A stretch of 64,000 bases of DNA, taken from Propionibacteriaceae bacterium. GTDB lineage: Bacteria; Actinomycetota; Actinomycetes; Propionibacteriales; Propionibacteriaceae. The notes below the pieces were generated by a model. It saw only the letters and a program-made list of their open reading frames with translations, searched no databases and was not told the origin of the DNA. The translations under genes were made by a program, and so were the position numbers. Positions 61,659 through 64,000 of this stretch are shown here, one piece after another. The first letter of the stretch is position 1. Each line of letters starts with the position of its first letter. The stretch is from the NCBI GenBank assembly GCA_030537675.1, contig JAUNVL010000001.1:7656-71655 (forward strand). The letters run 5' to 3'.

Positions 61659-62897
61659 TCAGGCCGCAGGGGCCTTCGCGAGTCTTCCTGAGCGGAAGGC
61701 CCGTGGCAGGAGGACGACGGCGGGGAGCAGGATGACGGCCGCGGTGATGTTGACCGCCTCGAAGCCTCCGAACGCCAGGATGGGGCCGGCCAGTGCGGCC
61801 GCTGCAGCGCCCGCATAGTTCATTCCCGCGTCCGTGGCACCCTGCAGGGGGACGCGCACGTGGGAGGGAGCCAGAGCGGTCACCAGTGCGGAGCCTGCGA
61901 TCACCGCGGCGGACCAGCCCAGGCCGAGCAGGACCAGGGCCACCATGGTGAGGCTCGTGGCACCGGATGCAGCCACGAACCCCGTGGCCACCGCCGAGCC
62001 CTGCAGCACGATGCCCAGCATCGCCACCGGCACCGGGCCGAAACGGTCGACGGCCCACCCGAACACCGGGCTCAGGGCGTACATGCCCAGCACGTGAAGG
62101 CTGATGACGATCCCCACCAACTGCAGAGTGTCGCCCTGGTTCCCCATGTGCACGGGGGTCATCACCATGACCATGACCATGACCGCATGGGCCACTGCGA
62201 TGAGGACCACGGCGAAGAGTGCCGCGGGTTGACCGGCGGCCCAGCGCAGGGCCGCGACCGCACCCACGGGCGGTAGCGCGTCGGCCGCGTCGACCTCTGC
62301 CTGCGATGGGGTGGGTTGGGTCGTGGGACGGAAGAAGAGCGCGAGGACGGTGGCAGCCGTGGCGAAGGAGACGACGGAGAAGAGAAACGGACCCGTGAAT
62401 GCTGGCAGGCTCAATCCTGCCCCGAATCGGTCGCCGGGCGCCGCGAGGTTCGGTCCGGCGACGGCACCGACCGTCGTGGCCCACAACACGATGGACATGG
62501 CTCTGGCGCGCGACGCGGGTGAGACGTTCTCCGCACCCGCGTACCGGGTCTGCAGGTTGACGGCCTGCGCAACGCCGAACAGGCCCATGCCCACCAGCAT
62601 CACGATGATTTGCCCTGAGAGTGCTGCGGCGACGATGAGCAGGGCCCCGACGGTGGCCAGGGCGTAGCCGCGGCTGAGCGACACCCGTCGGCCGCGACGG
62701 GCGGCAACGTTCGCCAGGGGGACTGCCGCCACCGCTGCGCCCAAGGTGCTGCATGCCTGCGCGAAGCCAGCCATGGACGTGCCGCCCAGATCCTGTGCGA
62801 GCAGCCCGCCCACGGCGAATCCAGAAGCAACACCCACCCCGCCCAGGAGATTACTGACGATCAGCACACCAATGCTGCGTCCATACCGGCGGGCCAT
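61659..62897 (-). CDS. MFS transporter (12 TM, drug/metabolite type)
   Basis: ORF 61659..62984. ATG 62897 is preceded by GAGAGGAA and gives MARRYGRSIGVLIVSNLLGG. The protein is polytopic. Confidence 0.85.
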   Translation of the reverse strand: MARRYGRSIGVLIVSNLLGGVGVASGFAVGGLLAQDLGGTSMAGFAQACSTLGAAVAAVPLANVAARRGRRVSLSRGYALATVGALLIVAAALSGQIIVMLVGMGLFGVAQAVNLQTRYAGAENVSPASRARAMSIVLWATTVGAVAGPNLAAPGDRFGAGLSLPAFTGPFLFSVVSFATAATVLALFFRPTTQPTPSQAEVDAADALPPVGAVAALRWAAGQPAALFAVVLIAVAHAVMVMVMVMTPVHMGNQGDTLQLVGIVISLHVLGMYALSPVFGWAVDRFGPVPVAMLGIVLQGSAVATGFVAASGATSLTMVALVLLGLGWSAAVIAGSALVTALAPSHVRVPLQGATDAGMNYAGAAAAALAGPILAFGGFEAVNITAAVILLPAVVLLPRAFRSGRLAKAPAA

Positions 62898-63012
62898 GTC
62901 GTTCCTCTCAGTTGGGCAGCAGGGAGCTTGCGAGAGACATGCTCCCACGACACAGTCGCGAGAGCACGGTGACCCGGGCGGCAAGATCAGGAAGGGTATG
63001 TGTATGCGGGCG

Positions 63013-64000
63013 TCAGTCGTCGCTGGTCTGCCATGGGCGCGTCTCGCCGATCAGGGCGCGACGGTTGCGGCCCGAGGCCACCCAGCGGGCCAGCCCACCG
63101 TGCTCGGCCAGCAACTCCAGGCGGCTCTGTGTGCGTTCCAGCACGGCGTTCGGTACGGCCAGCACCATGTGGTCGCCCGCCTTCAGCCGCAACTGCCCAT
63201 CGGCCACCAGGATCTCCTTGCCCCGGATGAGCATGGACAGCACCGCGCCCCGAGGAAGTCGGAGGTCGGCGAGGTACATCCCGACGAGCTTCGTGTTCTC
63301 CGGCACCTCGAACTGCAGCATGGCGGCGTTGAGGCCCTCCATGGGGGACGAGTCGAAGCGCACCGTCGTCGGGGACAGATCCTCTGTGACCCCCGCCCTC
63401 CTGGCCGCCCAGGGCAGCGTGGGCCCCTGGATCAGGGTGAACGTCACCACCAACAGGAAAATGATGTGGAACATCTGGTTGGCGCCGGGCAGATTCCGGG
63501 TCAGGGGGATCGTGGCCAACATGATGGGCACAGCCCCGCGGAGCCCTGCCCACGAGGTGAACACCTGCTCGCGCCACGGCATCTTGAACGGGGTCATGCA
63601 GAGAAACACCGACAGTGGCCTGGCAACGAACGTCAGCCCGGAGCCGATCACCAACGCCGGAACGATGGCCGCGGGCAGCAGCGACGGCGACGCCAGCAGC
63701 CCCAGCATGACGAAGAGACCTATCTGGGCCAGCCAGCCGAGCGCCTCGGTGAAACCCTCCGTGGCCTTGTGGTGCGGGAGCACCTGGTTCCCCAACCACA
63801 ACCCGGCGGCGTACGCAGCCAGCAGCCCTGAGGCGCCTGCGATCCCACCCAGCGCGAACGCCACCATGGCGATGGCCAGGGTCGCCAAGGGGTAGAGACC
63901 CGCCGAGGGCAGCGACACCCGCTGCAGAATGCCCTGCCCGATGCGGGCGATGACCAGACCGATGAGCGTGCCCCCCACCAGTTGGTACATGCCCGTTCCG
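63013..64000 (-). CDS. K+/H+ antiporter (CPA1, NhaP2/CvrA-like) with C-terminal TrkA-C/RCK_C domain; 5-prime end beyond the window
   Basis: The C-terminal membrane helices (SWAGLRGAVPIMLATIP) are followed by a soluble domain (VPENTKLVGMYLADLRLPRGAVLSMLIRGKEILVADGQLRLKAGDHMVL). The reading frame is open to the window edge. Confidence 0.75.
   Translation of the reverse strand, partial: GTGMYQLVGGTLIGLVIARIGQGILQRVSLPSAGLYPLATLAIAMVAFALGGIAGASGLLAAYAAGLWLGNQVLPHHKATEGFTEALGWLAQIGLFVMLGLLASPSLLPAAIVPALVIGSGLTFVARPLSVFLCMTPFKMPWREQVFTSWAGLRGAVPIMLATIPLTRNLPGANQMFHIIFLLVVTFTLIQGPTLPWAARRAGVTEDLSPTTVRFDSSPMEGLNAAMLQFEVPENTKLVGMYLADLRLPRGAVLSMLIRGKEILVADGQLRLKAGDHMVLAVPNAVLERTQSRLELLAEHGGLARWVASGRNRRALIGETRPWQTSDD

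Noticed and set aside
1-64000. CRISPR arrays, rRNA operons, IS elements or large dispersed repeats.
   Set aside because: I noticed no regularly spaced direct repeats, no rRNA-like conserved stretches and no transposase-like translation on either strand. The only repeats are intragenic (GH16 modules, TAS linker, acidic protein duplication).

Overview
High-G+C, actinobacterial-type chromosomal segment. Markers are an MshB-like mycothiol gene, an RpfB-type resuscitation-promoting factor, CsoR-CopZ-CopA, cydABDC and DnaB. All calls come from reading the ORF translations and DNA by eye; no database search was possible. I support about 57 protein-coding genes. I recognised no rRNA, tRNA, CRISPR array, transposase or integrase. 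Many long ORFs in the six-frame track are antisense or out-of-frame artefacts of the high G+C content. Layout: (1) myo-inositol catabolism iolC-iolB-iolD (157-3993) and, about 9 kb away, an aldo-keto reductase, iolG, iolE-like and iolA/mmsA (13114-17668). The two halves are separated by unrelated genes: a 1261-aa leaderless subtilase-vWA protein, a SEC-C-motif protein, a His-rich secreted protein, an MFS transporter and a small membrane protein. (2) Housekeeping and transport genes: CaCA antiporter, ilvE, NUDIX, a TetR-ABC-2 exporter operon with twin palindromic operators, glgX and mshB. (3) A translationally coupled TspO-like/CPBP protease/SDR operon, divergent from a coupled three-gene membrane-stress cluster (DUF883-like, Holin-X-like, DUF3618-like). 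(4) An ankyrin lipoprotein, then dnaB, then a 455-bp intergenic region with a cluster of DnaA-box-like TGTGGA/TCCACA motifs, then csoR-copZ-copA with a perfect CsoR-type palindrome, then rpfB. (5) The best candidate for an undescribed system is a four-gene coupled cassette (44739-47272). It encodes an EspC/WXG-like 100-aa helical protein, then a protein with a helical N-terminus fused to a calpain-like cysteine protease, then two paralogous small proteins (one cytoplasmic, one lipoprotein). This looks like a secreted effector plus immunity module. It lies next to a large multi-CBM GH16 glycanase. (6) cydABDC with a divergent orphan BlaI-family regulator, then PPK2. (7) A cstA / 89-aa Cys-Cys-terminated protein / ArsA(Get3)-like ATPase operon with overlapping start and stop codons, then an MFS transporter and a truncated K+/H+ antiporter.
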